NCBI GenBank assembly: GCA_045566115.1
Contig: JBJLEC010000002.1
Span: 1-60,991 of the forward strand
DNA from: Candidatus Pelagibacter sp.
GTDB lineage: Bacteria > Pseudomonadota > Alphaproteobacteria > Pelagibacterales > Pelagibacteraceae
Direction: 5' to 3'
Length of the DNA: 60,991 nucleotides
The stretch's first letter is position 1. Every line of letters starts with the position of its first letter. Positions 24,180 through 34,715 of this stretch are shown here, piece by piece. The position numbers were made by a program, and so were the translations under genes. The notes under the pieces were generated by a model. The model saw only the letters and a program-made list of their open reading frames with translations, searched no databases and had not been told where the DNA came from.

Positions 24180-25559
24180 ATGGCTTTGTTAAAGTCGACT
24201 GGAAATAAAAAAGTAAATTTAGATTTTAACAAAGAATTTATCAATACTTTTAGTGAAAAAATTGAGAATGGTAATATAGAGTTTATCAATCAAACTCTTA
24301 AAGATTTACATGAAGCTGATGTTGCTAATTTAATTGAAAATTTAAACCCAAATACTAGAATTAAATTAATAGAACTTGAAGCTTTTAATATTAATCCAGA
24401 AATTTTTGTAGAATTAAACGAGTCTATTCAAAGTGAAGTTCTTCAACTACTTTCTATTGATTCAATAATAAAAATTATTAAGAGACTCGAATCTGATAAC
24501 GCTATTAAAATTTTAGAAAATTTAGAAAAAGATACTAAAGAAAAAGTATTAGATAAATTACCTCCAAAAGACAAATTTTTACTTGAGGAGGGCTTGAGTT
24601 ATCCTGAAGATTCAGCTGCAAGAATTATGCAAAGAGAATTCACTGCAGTTCCAAGCAATTGGACTGTTGGTCAAACAATAGATTACTTAAGAGAAGATAA
24701 AGATTTGCCTGAAGAATTTTTAGAAATTTTTATAGTAGACAATGACTTTAAGCCGATTGGAACTGTTCCATCTTCAAGAGTATTAAGAACATCAAGAGAT
24801 TTAAAGATGAATTCTATTATGATAGAAATGCCTGTTCTTATTTCAGCCAATATGGATAAAGAAGAAGTTGGGCATACTTTTGAAAACTACAATCTTGTAT
24901 CAGCTGGTGTAGTGAATAAAAACAATAAACTTGTAGGTATGATTACTGCAGATGATGTTGTTACTGTAGTACAAGAGGAAGCAGAGGAAGATGTATTGCG
25001 TTTAGCAGGTGTTGGTGATGAAGAGATAACTGATAGTGTAATGCTTAAAACAAAAAGGCGGTTTAACTGGCTTTTATTAAATTTATTTACTGCTTTATTA
25101 GCTACATGGGTGATAAGTAATTTTGGTGCATCAATTGAACAAATGGTAGCGTTGGCATTTTTAATGCCTATAGTTGCATCAATGGGCGGTAATGCTGGTA
25201 TGCAAACACTAGCAGTAACTATAAGAGCTATTGCCACAAAAGAATTATCAAAAAGTAATTTTAATCGTGTAGTAGGAAAAGAATTCCTAATTGGAATCTT
25301 GAATGGCATTATTTTTGCCATCATAACTGCTGTAATAGTTCAATTATGGTTTAAACAATTAAATTTATCATTGTTAATAGGAGTATCTATGATTTTAAAC
25401 ATGATTGTAGCAGGATTATTTGGAATACTTGTTCCTGTTTCTTTAAAAAAATTAAATATTGATCCAGCTTTAGCTTCAAGTGTTTTTGTAACAACAATCA
25501 CCGACGTAATAGGCTTTTTGTCTTTTTTGGGGTTAGGTTCGTTTTATTTCTTAAATTAA
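24180..25559 (+). CDS. mgtE: Magnesium transporter MgtE
   Basis: LH.ADVA N-domain, CBS pair, MGGNAGMQ, DPALAS..FVTTITD. Confidence 0.97.
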   Translation: MALLKSTGNKKVNLDFNKEFINTFSEKIENGNIEFINQTLKDLHEADVANLIENLNPNTRIKLIELEAFNINPEIFVELNESIQSEVLQLLSIDSIIKIIKRLESDNAIKILENLEKDTKEKVLDKLPPKDKFLLEEGLSYPEDSAARIMQREFTAVPSNWTVGQTIDYLREDKDLPEEFLEIFIVDNDFKPIGTVPSSRVLRTSRDLKMNSIMIEMPVLISANMDKEEVGHTFENYNLVSAGVVNKNNKLVGMITADDVVTVVQEEAEEDVLRLAGVGDEEITDSVMLKTKRRFNWLLLNLFTALLATWVISNFGASIEQMVALAFLMPIVASMGGNAGMQTLAVTIRAIATKELSKSNFNRVVGKEFLIGILNGIIFAIITAVIVQLWFKQLNLSLLIGVSMILNMIVAGLFGILVPVSLKKLNIDPALASSVFVTTITDVIGFLSFLGLGSFYFLN

Positions 25560-26371
25560 ATGTTGTCTATTAGTCTTACTTTATTTATATAGTAGGCAAA
25601 AAATAATCTAAACTTATTTTTTAATTTTTTATTTTTTTTAAATTTTTTCATATTTAAATTTTCTACATAATCTATCTTTGATGCACCCAATGAGACTAGA
25701 TCTTTTTTTATCGTATTTATTTTAAATAATTTGTAATTATTTTTTATTTTTTTTTTCAAATTTAATAAATATTTGTAAATATTAGATGCTATTAATAATT
25801 CTTTATTGTTTAAATTAAAATTTCTAGTAGAACAAGCAACTCCACTTTTTTCCCTAATAGTCGAACATTCGATTACCTTTGTTTTAATATTGTTTTTTTG
25901 TATGTGTTCATTAATTAAAATCAATTGTTGAAAATCTTTAATTCCTAAAAAAATATATTTAGGATCAATAATTTCAAGAAAACGATTTACAACATTTAAA
26001 ACACCTTCAAAATGACCTTTTCTATATTTACCACACAATTGCTTAGAAAATTTATCTAAATAAATTTCATTTTTTGTTTTAAAAGAGTAAATATCTGCAT
26101 AGGAAGGTAAGTAAAGATAGTTAATTTTAAGTTTTTTAAGTTTTTTTATATCAGATCTAATGTTTCTAGGATAATTTTTAAAATCATTTTTTTTGTTAAA
26201 TTGAGAAGGATTAACAAAAATTGATACACAAATTTTACATTTATATTTCTTAGCTTTTTTTATTAATGAAAGGTGACCCTTGTGTAGACCACCCATAGTA
26301 GGCACAAATGATAAGTAATTATCTTTAGAAATCTCTTTTTGTAGAATTAGTTTGTTTTTAAATATTTTCAT
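25556..26371 (-). CDS. panC: Pantoate--beta-alanine ligase
   Basis: FVPTMGGLHKGH, SIFVNPSQF, G.KDFQQ, VRLIDNI. Confidence 0.97.
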   Translation of the reverse strand: MKIFKNKLILQKEISKDNYLSFVPTMGGLHKGHLSLIKKAKKYKCKICVSIFVNPSQFNKKNDFKNYPRNIRSDIKKLKKLKINYLYLPSYADIYSFKTKNEIYLDKFSKQLCGKYRKGHFEGVLNVVNRFLEIIDPKYIFLGIKDFQQLILINEHIQKNNIKTKVIECSTIREKSGVACSTRNFNLNNKELLIASNIYKYLLNLKKKIKNNYKLFKINTIKKDLVSLGASKIDYVENLNMKKFKKNKKLKNKFRLFFAYYINKVRLIDNI

Positions 26372-26409
26372 TTCTTAACTTCAATGATATCAACTATTAT
26401 AAGAATCTT

Positions 26410-27225
26410 ATGATAAAACAAGCAATTATTCCTTTAGCAGGATTAGGCACACGTCTACTTCCATTAACAAGCGTAATGCCTAAAGAATTGCTTCCAATCA
26501 ACGGGAAGCCTAATCTTGAATATATATTGGAAGAATGTTTAGACGCAGGAGTAAAACAGTTTATTTTCATAATATCAAAAGATAAAATTAGTATAAAGAA
26601 ATATTTTTTTAACGATTCATTTTATAAAAAAATTATTAAAAAAAAAAAAGATAAACGGATTATTGAAGAATTTCGGAAAATAAAAAAATATCAAAAAATG
26701 ATTAAATTCGTTTACCAGAATAAGCCGAAAGGAACTGGTGATGCCGTTTTAAAATGTGAAAAACTTATTAAAAATAAATTTTTCTTAATGTTGTTACCTG
26801 ATGATTTAATAATTAAAAAAAATTGCACAAAAGAAATGATTAATTTACATAATAAAACAAAAGGTTCTATTATTGCTACTAAACGAGTTGATAAAAAAAC
26901 AATATCTAGATGGGGAATTTTATCTATTAAAAATAGAAAAAAAAATTATTTTCAAATCAATGATGTTATTGAAAAACCAAGTATAAAAGAAGCACCATCT
27001 AATTATGCAATTATTGGTCGATATATCCTTCCGATAAATATTTTTAATGAAATAAAAAGACTTAAGCCAAGCCAAGGTGGAGAAATACATATTACTGATG
27101 CAATACGAAACCTTATTTTGAAAGGCAGTAATTTTTTTGGAAATATTTTTAGGGGAAAATATTTGGACTGCGGAACTATTAATGGATATATTCAATCAAG
27201 TATTCATATTTTAAAAGGTAAATAA
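26410..27225 (+). CDS. galU: UTP--glucose-1-phosphate uridylyltransferase
   Basis: AGLGTRLLP.T...PKELLP, IEKP, GRYIL, GEIHITDAI. Confidence 0.9.
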   Translation: MIKQAIIPLAGLGTRLLPLTSVMPKELLPINGKPNLEYILEECLDAGVKQFIFIISKDKISIKKYFFNDSFYKKIIKKKKDKRIIEEFRKIKKYQKMIKFVYQNKPKGTGDAVLKCEKLIKNKFFLMLLPDDLIIKKNCTKEMINLHNKTKGSIIATKRVDKKTISRWGILSIKNRKKNYFQINDVIEKPSIKEAPSNYAIIGRYILPINIFNEIKRLKPSQGGEIHITDAIRNLILKGSNFFGNIFRGKYLDCGTINGYIQSSIHILKGK

Positions 27226-28529
27226 TGAAAATATGCATGATAGGAACAGGTTATGTTGGTTTAGTTAGCGGAACTTGTTTTGCTGATATTGGACATCAGG
27301 TTTACTGTGTTGATAAAGATTTGTCTAAAATTAATCAGCTTAATTCTGGAATTTCTCCAATTTATGAACCCGGTTTAGATGAATTAATTAAAAAAAACCA
27401 CAAAGCTAAAAGATTATATTTTACTTCTGATTTAAAAAAAGCAGTTACTGTATCAGATATTATTTTTATTTGTGTTGGTACTCCTAATATTAAAGGTTCT
27501 TTAAAAGTTGATTTATCATTTGTCTTTAAATGTACTAAAGAAATTCTTGCAATTACAAAAAAGAAAAAAATAATAGTAACAAAATCTACAGTGCCTATCG
27601 GGACAGGCGATCAAATTGAAAACATTATTAAAAAAAAGAAAAAATTATTTTCAGTAATATCTAACCCTGAGTTTTTAAGAGAAGGTGAGGCTATTCGTGA
27701 TTTTAGATATCCCGATAGAATAATAATAGGATCAAATAGTAAAAATGAATTTAAGACTATGAAAAAATTATATTCTCCTCTTATTAACAAAGGTGCAAAA
27801 TTTTTTACCACCTCAAGAAGGGGCGCTGAATTAATTAAATACGCTGCTAACGCATTCCTAGCTACTAAAATAACTTTTATTAATGAAATAGCTAACTTGT
27901 GTGAAAGGTCAGGAATAAATGTTAAAGATATTGCGCTTGGAATTGGATCAGATACAAGAATAGGCAGTAGATTTTTACGTCCTGGACCTGCTTACGGCGG
28001 TTCATGCTTTCCTAAAGACACAAAAGGCCTAGTATTTGCAGCTGAAAAATACAAAACAAATTTATCAATAGTTAAATCTGTCATAAAATCTAACAGTGAT
28101 AGAGTTAACTTTTTAATTAAACGTGTTCATAAAATTTTAGGAAATAATCTAAGAGGTAAGAAGATAAGTATTTTAGGTGTTTCTTTTAAGCCTAATACCG
28201 ATGATATGAGAGACTCAACAAGTTTAAAAATGCTTCCTTATCTAAGTAAAAAGGGAGCAATAATTTCATATTACGATCCAACTGGTGAAAAGAAAGAATT
28301 TAAAAAACTATTAAATTGTAAATTTAAAAAAAATATTAAGGAAAACTGCTTAAATGCTGATTTGATTATTCTATTGACTGAATGGGATGAATTTAAATCA
28401 ATTGATTTTAAGCAGGTAGTAAAAAAGAAAAACTTTAAAATCTACGATTTAAGAAATATTTATACAGGCGAAGAAATGAAGCAAAATAAAATTAAGTATT
28501 ATTCAATCGGACGTCCTGATATCAATTAA
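27225..28529 (+). CDS. ugd: UDP-glucose 6-dehydrogenase
   Basis: G.GYVGL, TKSTVP.GT, SNPEFLREG, GGSCFPKD, FKPNTDDMRDS. Confidence 0.96.
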   Translation: MKICMIGTGYVGLVSGTCFADIGHQVYCVDKDLSKINQLNSGISPIYEPGLDELIKKNHKAKRLYFTSDLKKAVTVSDIIFICVGTPNIKGSLKVDLSFVFKCTKEILAITKKKKIIVTKSTVPIGTGDQIENIIKKKKKLFSVISNPEFLREGEAIRDFRYPDRIIIGSNSKNEFKTMKKLYSPLINKGAKFFTTSRRGAELIKYAANAFLATKITFINEIANLCERSGINVKDIALGIGSDTRIGSRFLRPGPAYGGSCFPKDTKGLVFAAEKYKTNLSIVKSVIKSNSDRVNFLIKRVHKILGNNLRGKKISILGVSFKPNTDDMRDSTSLKMLPYLSKKGAIISYYDPTGEKKEFKKLLNCKFKKNIKENCLNADLIILLTEWDEFKSIDFKQVVKKKNFKIYDLRNIYTGEEMKQNKIKYYSIGRPDIN

Positions 28530-28986
28530 GTTCAAATATACCGTCAACTTCTACAGCAACACCTAAAGGTAAGCTGTTTACGCTCACCGCAGCTCTTGTA
28601 TGTTCGCCTTTTTTTTCAAGGATTTTAGCAATTATATCCGATGCTCCATTTATAACTTTTGGTTGATCAATAAAATCGTCTGTAGAATTTACATAACCAG
28701 TTAGTTTAATACATGATTTAATCTTCTCTAGATTCCCATCACACGCTTTTCTAGCATGAGCAATTAGACTCAGTCCACATCTTTCAGCTGCAGCGTAGCC
28801 TTGAGTTAAATTTAAATCTTTTCCAATTTTTCCTTTAATTAAATTATTATCTTTATCTATAGATACTTGCCCAGAGATGAATAACAAGTTTCCGCTTATT
28901 TTAGTCGCAACATAAGCTCCTACTGGGGCTTTTGGATCTGGCAATGATATATTTAATTTTTTAAGATTTGAATCTATAGAATTCAT
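28522..28986 (-). CDS. RidA/YjgF-family protein
   Basis: LFISGQ, VINGASD, H.RAAV...SLPLGVAVEVD, conserved Arg present. Confidence 0.9.
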   Translation of the reverse strand: MNSIDSNLKKLNISLPDPKAPVGAYVATKISGNLLFISGQVSIDKDNNLIKGKIGKDLNLTQGYAAAERCGLSLIAHARKACDGNLEKIKSCIKLTGYVNSTDDFIDQPKVINGASDIIAKILEKKGEHTRAAVSVNSLPLGVAVEVDGIFELN

Positions 28987-29201
28987 TTATTTAACTTTTT
29001 CTTAACCCAATCAGTTAATTTTGAGTCTGTATTAAGACTTTTTAATCCTTTTTTACCCACCTCTTTACTTTTTTCTGCAATACATTTTGAATACTCAATT
29101 GGTTTGTCTGTTAAATCTCTACAATCGATTTTTTGTTCTGAATATGAATTAGAAAAATATATTGATGATATAATAATAAATATTAGTGTTTTTAATTTCA
29201 T
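28983..29201 (-). CDS. Small exported hypothetical protein (72 aa)
   Basis: Signal-peptide-like N-terminus, C-x12-C, ATGA overlaps with both topA and the RidA gene. Confidence 0.75.
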   Translation of the reverse strand: MKLKTLIFIIISSIYFSNSYSEQKIDCRDLTDKPIEYSKCIAEKSKEVGKKGLKSLNTDSKLTDWVKKKLNK

Positions 29202-31783
29202 TTTTTTTTCTTTTTTTTCTTCATTTTGTCATATTCTTTTCTTTTTTCAATTAAAATCAATGCGTCATCCATAGTTAATTCACTAGCATCCTTTTCTTCA
29301 GGAATTGTCGCGTTTAAGGATTTGTATTTAATATAAGGTCCGTATTGCCCTTTCATTATTCTTACAGGTTTTTTATCTTCCGGATGTTCACCCAAATCTT
29401 TAATTAATGAAGAAGATATTCTACCAGGTTTAGCTTCAGCTATTAAAGTTATGGCTCTATTTATTCCTATTGAAAAAAGTTCTTCAACATTTTCAAGTCT
29501 AGCAGATTTATTTTCACATTTTAAGTAGGGACCAAATCTTCCTGAATTTAAGGTGATATCTTTCCCCGAGTCAGGATGTTGGCCAATTATTTTTGGTAGA
29601 GAACAAAGAAAATTTGCTTGTTTTAAATCTACGTTATCAACTTCAATCCCTTTAGGTATTGAAACATTTTTTAAATGATCATTTTCTCCTACTTTCTTTT
29701 TTTTCTTTTTCTTTTTTTTATTAACTTTTTCTTCAATATTTGATGTTTCTAATTCCTTTTCATATTGTAAATATGGTCCAAACCTACCATTCTTTAAATA
29801 TATATTTTTTCCAAATTCATTTTGTCCAAGTAGTTTTGGTTCTGCAAGATTGTATTGAGCTGCAGCTTTTGCTTTTGAAAGAGGGCGTGTAAATTTACAC
29901 TCTGGATAATTTGAACATCCAATAAAAGCTCCGCCTCTAAAACTATTTTTAAGACTAAGCTCTCCATTAGAACAAAGCTTGCATTTTCTATCAATTGAAT
30001 CATTAGTATCTTTATCAAATATTAATGCACCTAAACTTTCATTTAACATATCAAGAACCTGACGAGTTCTTATTTCTTTTACATCCCCAACATTTTTATA
30101 AAAATCTTTCCAAAAGTTATTTAAAACCTCAACCCATTCAATTTTTCCACTAGTAATTTCATCTAATTGATTTTCTAAATCAGCGGTAAAGTTGTAATCC
30201 ACGTATTTTGAAAATAATTTTTCTAAAAAAGCTGATATTAATTTACCTCTATCAGTAGGGTGAAATCTTTTATTTATTTGTTCAACATAGTTTCTAGTAG
30301 ATAAAACAGATATAATACTTGCATATGTGGACGGTCTACCGATTCCCAGTTCTTCCATTTTTTTAACTAAACTCGCCTCAGAGTATCGTGGGGGAGGGTC
30401 AGTAAAATGTTGTTCATCATTAAGTTTGAGTATACTTACATTCTCACCAACCTTTACTTCAGGTAATATATTTTTAGTGTCTTCATCAGTTTCCTGTACT
30501 TCATAAACCTTTAAAAAACCCTCAAATTTAATTACTGAACCAGTTGTTCTAAAATTTATTTTTTTGTCTGTTGATGAAATCAAAATTGTATTTCTATCAA
30601 ATTCAGCTGGATTCATTTGAGATGAAAGAGCTCTACTCCATATTAAATCGTAAAGTTTATACTGATCTGCATTTACATATTTTTTTATGTCAGCTGGTTT
30701 GCGACTGACATCAGTAGGTCTTATAGCTTCATGGGCTTCCTGAGCATTCTTAGCTTTTTTTCCTGCATAACTATTTGGTTGATCGGGTAAAAAATCATTT
30801 CCAAAATCATTTTCAATTAATTCTCTGAATTCGTTAACAGCTTCTTTTGATATATTTGTTCCATCAGTTCTCATGTAGGTAATAAGACCGGTTGTCTCTC
30901 CCTCGATATCTATACCTTGATATAATCTTTGAGCTATTTGCATAGTTCTTGAAGCACCGAAACCAAATTTACTTGAAGCTGTTTGTTGAAGAGTTGAAGT
31001 TGTAAAAGGAGCTAAAGGATTTCTTTTAAAAACTTTTGTATTAACATCTTCAATAGTAAATTTTGATTTATTAATAATATTAATAGCTTTATCCATTTCT
31101 TCTTTATTTTTAAAAGTAAATCTCTCAATTTTATTATTTTCATATAAACTAAGTTTAGACGTAAAATTTTTATTCTTTGTGTTCGTAAAGTCAGAAGTTA
31201 ACGTCCAGTATTCTTTAGGATTAAATAATTCAATTTCTTTTTCACGCTCTGTAATTAATTTTAAAGCAACTGATTGAACTCTTCCTGCTGATTTTGATCC
31301 AGGTAATTTAGTCCAAAGTATAGGAGAGATATTAAAACCTACTAAATAATCTAAGGCTCTTCTTGCCAAATAAGCCTCAACCAAAGGAAGCTCAATATCT
31401 CTAGGATTTTTTATTGCATTTAAAATTGCAGATTTTGTTATTTCATTAAAAACAACTCTTTCTAATTCTTTTCCTTTAAGTAATTTTTTAGCTTCCAATA
31501 CTTCTTTTACATGCCAAGCTATAGCTTCACCTTCACGGTCAGGATCTGTAGCTAGAATAATTTTATTAGAGTCTTCTGCGGCATTAGTTATTTCTTTTAA
31601 ATATTTTTTTGAAAATGAGTCAATTTCCCAAAGCATTGAAAAATTTTTATCTGGATCAACTGACCCGTTTTTTGAAGGAAGGTCTCTTATATGTCCGTAA
31701 CTAGCTAATACCAAGTAATCTTTACCTAAATATTTATTTATAGTTTTTGCTTTTGCAGGACTTTCAACAATTACTAAATTCAT
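29198..31783 (-). CDS. topA: DNA topoisomerase I
   Basis: IVESPAKAKTI, ATDPDREGEAI, SAGRVQS, ITYMRTD, one zinc ribbon plus GRFGPY-type repeats. Confidence 0.99.
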   Translation of the reverse strand: MNLVIVESPAKAKTINKYLGKDYLVLASYGHIRDLPSKNGSVDPDKNFSMLWEIDSFSKKYLKEITNAAEDSNKIILATDPDREGEAIAWHVKEVLEAKKLLKGKELERVVFNEITKSAILNAIKNPRDIELPLVEAYLARRALDYLVGFNISPILWTKLPGSKSAGRVQSVALKLITEREKEIELFNPKEYWTLTSDFTNTKNKNFTSKLSLYENNKIERFTFKNKEEMDKAINIINKSKFTIEDVNTKVFKRNPLAPFTTSTLQQTASSKFGFGASRTMQIAQRLYQGIDIEGETTGLITYMRTDGTNISKEAVNEFRELIENDFGNDFLPDQPNSYAGKKAKNAQEAHEAIRPTDVSRKPADIKKYVNADQYKLYDLIWSRALSSQMNPAEFDRNTILISSTDKKINFRTTGSVIKFEGFLKVYEVQETDEDTKNILPEVKVGENVSILKLNDEQHFTDPPPRYSEASLVKKMEELGIGRPSTYASIISVLSTRNYVEQINKRFHPTDRGKLISAFLEKLFSKYVDYNFTADLENQLDEITSGKIEWVEVLNNFWKDFYKNVGDVKEIRTRQVLDMLNESLGALIFDKDTNDSIDRKCKLCSNGELSLKNSFRGGAFIGCSNYPECKFTRPLSKAKAAAQYNLAEPKLLGQNEFGKNIYLKNGRFGPYLQYEKELETSNIEEKVNKKKKKKKKKVGENDHLKNVSIPKGIEVDNVDLKQANFLCSLPKIIGQHPDSGKDITLNSGRFGPYLKCENKSARLENVEELFSIGINRAITLIAEAKPGRISSSLIKDLGEHPEDKKPVRIMKGQYGPYIKYKSLNATIPEEKDASELTMDDALILIEKRKEYDKMKKKKKKK

Positions 31784-31864
31784 AATTTAATTTATTTTCA
31801 AAAAAAATTGTGTTTGTCAATTTTTATATTCGAATTTTATTAATGATTGAGGTAAATTAATGAA

Positions 31865-32446
31865 TTATATCTTAATCTTCGTCTCTTTAGAGTTTTTTAG
31901 TCTAATAATATTTTCCTTATGAGTAAAAAAAATAATCACAAATAAAAAAAACAAGAAGTAACTTTGCATTTCGTTAGCAAAAAAAATTGAATAAATCCAA
32001 ACAGACATTGAACCTAGGATAGATGATAAAGAAGAATATCTAAATATTAACGCAATAACGATCCATGTAACTCCAAAAACAATTCCTAAATTTAAAGAGA
32101 TTCCTAAAATGACCCCTAGGTAAGTTGCCACTCCTTTACCTCCTTTAAATTTTAGCCATATTGGAAAAATATGACCTATAAAACAAATTAAAGCAGATAA
32201 ATAAATTAGATCATTAAAATAATTGTAAGTGATTAAAATTGAAAAATATCCCTTAAGAACGTCAAATAATAATGTAGCAGCAGCTAAAGATTTTTTTCCA
32301 GTTCTTAAAACATTAGTAGTTCCAATATTACCTGAACCTACTTTTCTAATATCTTTTCCTAAAAAAATTTTTGTAATTATTAATCCGAATGGGATAGAAC
32401 CTAATAAATATGAGTAAACAAATACGTATATGATATCTGAATTCAT
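31865..32446 (-). CDS. plsY: Glycerol-3-phosphate acyltransferase PlsY
   Basis: YLLGSIPFG, GSGNIGTTN, FKGGKGVAT, H.ENI.RL. Confidence 0.97.
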   Translation of the reverse strand: MNSDIIYVFVYSYLLGSIPFGLIITKIFLGKDIRKVGSGNIGTTNVLRTGKKSLAAATLLFDVLKGYFSILITYNYFNDLIYLSALICFIGHIFPIWLKFKGGKGVATYLGVILGISLNLGIVFGVTWIVIALIFRYSSLSSILGSMSVWIYSIFFANEMQSYFLFFLFVIIFFTHKENIIRLKNSKETKIKI

Positions 32447-32448
32447 TT

Positions 32449-33735
32449 TTAACTAAATACTAATTCACCGTTTAAAAAAGTCATTAAAACTTTACCTTGT
32501 AGATTTCTACCTTCTATAGCGGTATTTTTAGATTTTGATTTTAAGTCTTCTGCTTTTACAGCCCATGGTGCCTCTAAATCAAAAATACATATATCTCCAT
32601 CTGATCCTTTAGATAAAGAACCTTTTTTGATTTTTAATATATTCGAAGGATTTATTGTTAGTGTTTCTATAATTTTATTTAGTGGAAGAGATTCATTGTG
32701 ATACATTTCTAAAGAAAGTGGGAGCAGGGTTTCAACCCCTATAGCCCCTGTAGCTGCTTGTGCAAATGGCAATCTTTTGCTTTCTTCATCTTCAGGTAAA
32801 TGATCAGAAACGATAACATCAATTAATCCCTCTTTAATACCTTGAACCAATGATAATCTGTCCTCTTCTAGTCTTAGAGGTGGTGAAAGTTTTAAAAAAG
32901 TTTTAAATTCACCTATATCATTTTCATTAAGTGATAAGTTATTTATCGAAACGCCCACACTAAATTTTTTACCATTATTTTTATTTTTTTTAATTACCTC
33001 AAGTGATTTTTGCGACGAAATTTGATTTATATGATATCTACAAGGGTACTCACTTAATAAACTTAAATCTCTCTCAATTATAATCTTTTCTGCTATTGAA
33101 GAAACACCTTCCAGACCAAGTCTAGTAGCTATTTCCCCATCATTAATGCAAGAATTTTTTGATAACTCATAATCTTCTGCATGTTGCATTATTAGAACAC
33201 CTATATCAGATGCATAATCCATGATCCTTGCCATCAGTTCAGTGTTTTGAATGGTTCTGTTAACGTCGCTAAAGCCTACTATTCCTCTATCAGAAAGTAA
33301 GCCAAACTCAGTCATTAGTTTTCCTTCTGTTTGCTTGGTTATTGAGGCACAAGGAAAAAGATTTACGTTTGCTTTGTCTCTTCCTCTTCTAATGATAAAA
33401 TCGACCATAGATACATTATCAATAATAGGCTTTGTATTCGGCATAGTTACTATAGATGTGACACCACCAGCTAAAGCAGCATGACTTAAAGTTCTAAAAT
33501 TTTCTTTATATTCATATCCAGGTTCACCCACAAAGGCTTTCATATCTACTAGGCCTGGAATTAAAATATTTTTTTTTACATCTATGATTTCCGCATCTTT
33601 ATTAGCATCGCTTTGTTTAACGTTTTTACCTATAGCCTTAACTTTTCCTTTTTCATTTAAAATTAAAGAACCTATTTCATCCATTTTTTGTGACGGATCT
33701 ATAATTCTAGCGTTTATAAATATCTTTTCTTTCAT
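32449..33735 (-). CDS. pyrC: Dihydroorotase-like protein, probably inactive PyrC'
   Basis: DHOase motifs GGVT...MPNT, PPLR, SDH. The metal motif DxHxH is replaced by DMKAF. Lies directly after pyrB. Confidence 0.9.
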   Translation of the reverse strand: MKEKIFINARIIDPSQKMDEIGSLILNEKGKVKAIGKNVKQSDANKDAEIIDVKKNILIPGLVDMKAFVGEPGYEYKENFRTLSHAALAGGVTSIVTMPNTKPIIDNVSMVDFIIRRGRDKANVNLFPCASITKQTEGKLMTEFGLLSDRGIVGFSDVNRTIQNTELMARIMDYASDIGVLIMQHAEDYELSKNSCINDGEIATRLGLEGVSSIAEKIIIERDLSLLSEYPCRYHINQISSQKSLEVIKKNKNNGKKFSVGVSINNLSLNENDIGEFKTFLKLSPPLRLEEDRLSLVQGIKEGLIDVIVSDHLPEDEESKRLPFAQAATGAIGVETLLPLSLEMYHNESLPLNKIIETLTINPSNILKIKKGSLSKGSDGDICIFDLEAPWAVKAEDLKSKSKNTAIEGRNLQGKVLMTFLNGELVFS

Positions 33736-34680
33736 TTACTTACAGTACCTTTTTAGACAAGCCATTCTTACGGCAACACCTAGCTCAACTTGTTCTTTCA
33801 CTAAACTTACATTTATATCGTCAGCTAATTTTGTATCTATTTCCACACCTCTATTCATTGGACCTGGATGCATAATTAAAGCATCTTTACTTGCAAATTT
33901 TAATTTTTCTGGAGTTAATCCATAAAACTCGTAGTACTCTCTTTTTGATGGAAGGAACGATCCTTGCATTCTTTCATTTTGTAATCTTAACATCATTACA
34001 ATATCACATCCATCAAGACCTTTTTTCATATCTGTAAAAGATCTTACACCCATTCTTTCTATTGATTTAGGCATTAAAGTTTTAGGAGCTATGACGTTTA
34101 CCTCAGCACCTAACATATTCATCAAATAAATATTTGATCTAGCAACTCTTGAATGAAGTATATCTCCACATATTGCAATTTTTAATCCTTCAATTTTACC
34201 TTTTCTGTTTATTATAGTCAGCGCATCTAATAAAGCTTGAGTAGGGTGTTCTCTTCTTCCATCTCCAGCATTAATTACAGCACAATTAACTTTTTGAGAT
34301 AATAAATTTGGTGCACCAGAGTCTTGGTGTCTAATTACAATTAAATCTGGATGCATCGCATTTAAAGTCATTGCTGTATCAATTAAAGTTTCACCTTTTT
34401 TAAGAGCCGAATTATCCATATTCATTGTCATTACATCGGCACCTAATCTTTTGCCTGCTAAATCAAATGAACTTTGAGTTCTTGTCGATGGTTCGAAGAA
34501 TAAATTAATTTGCGTTTTTCCCCTTAAGATATCTAATTTTTTTGAGTTACTTCTATTTAATTTTATGAACTCTTTAGCTTCATTTAAAATATCTTTAGCC
34601 TCTAGAATAGATAGATTTTGGATACCCAGAAGATGTTTAGGAGATTTTTTAATAGCTGTATTTTTTTTCTTAACTGCCAT
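33736..34680 (-). CDS. pyrB: Aspartate carbamoyltransferase catalytic subunit
   Basis: [33 protein letters not shown] at 34680 preferred over upstream TTG. Confidence 0.98.
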   Translation of the reverse strand: MAVKKKNTAIKKSPKHLLGIQNLSILEAKDILNEAKEFIKLNRSNSKKLDILRGKTQINLFFEPSTRTQSSFDLAGKRLGADVMTMNMDNSALKKGETLIDTAMTLNAMHPDLIVIRHQDSGAPNLLSQKVNCAVINAGDGRREHPTQALLDALTIINRKGKIEGLKIAICGDILHSRVARSNIYLMNMLGAEVNVIAPKTLMPKSIERMGVRSFTDMKKGLDGCDIVMMLRLQNERMQGSFLPSKREYYEFYGLTPEKLKFASKDALIMHPGPMNRGVEIDTKLADDINVSLVKEQVELGVAVRMACLKRYCK

Positions 34681-34715
34681 TAAAATCAACTCTATAGGCG
34701 TTTAACGGTATTAGA

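Noticed and set aside
29685-29730. Poly-Lys tract in TopA (and similar tracts in S11 and the TopA tail) as a repeat or phase-variation site
   Set aside because: In frame, mixed AAA/AAG codons, and consistent with AT bias and basic DNA-binding linkers.
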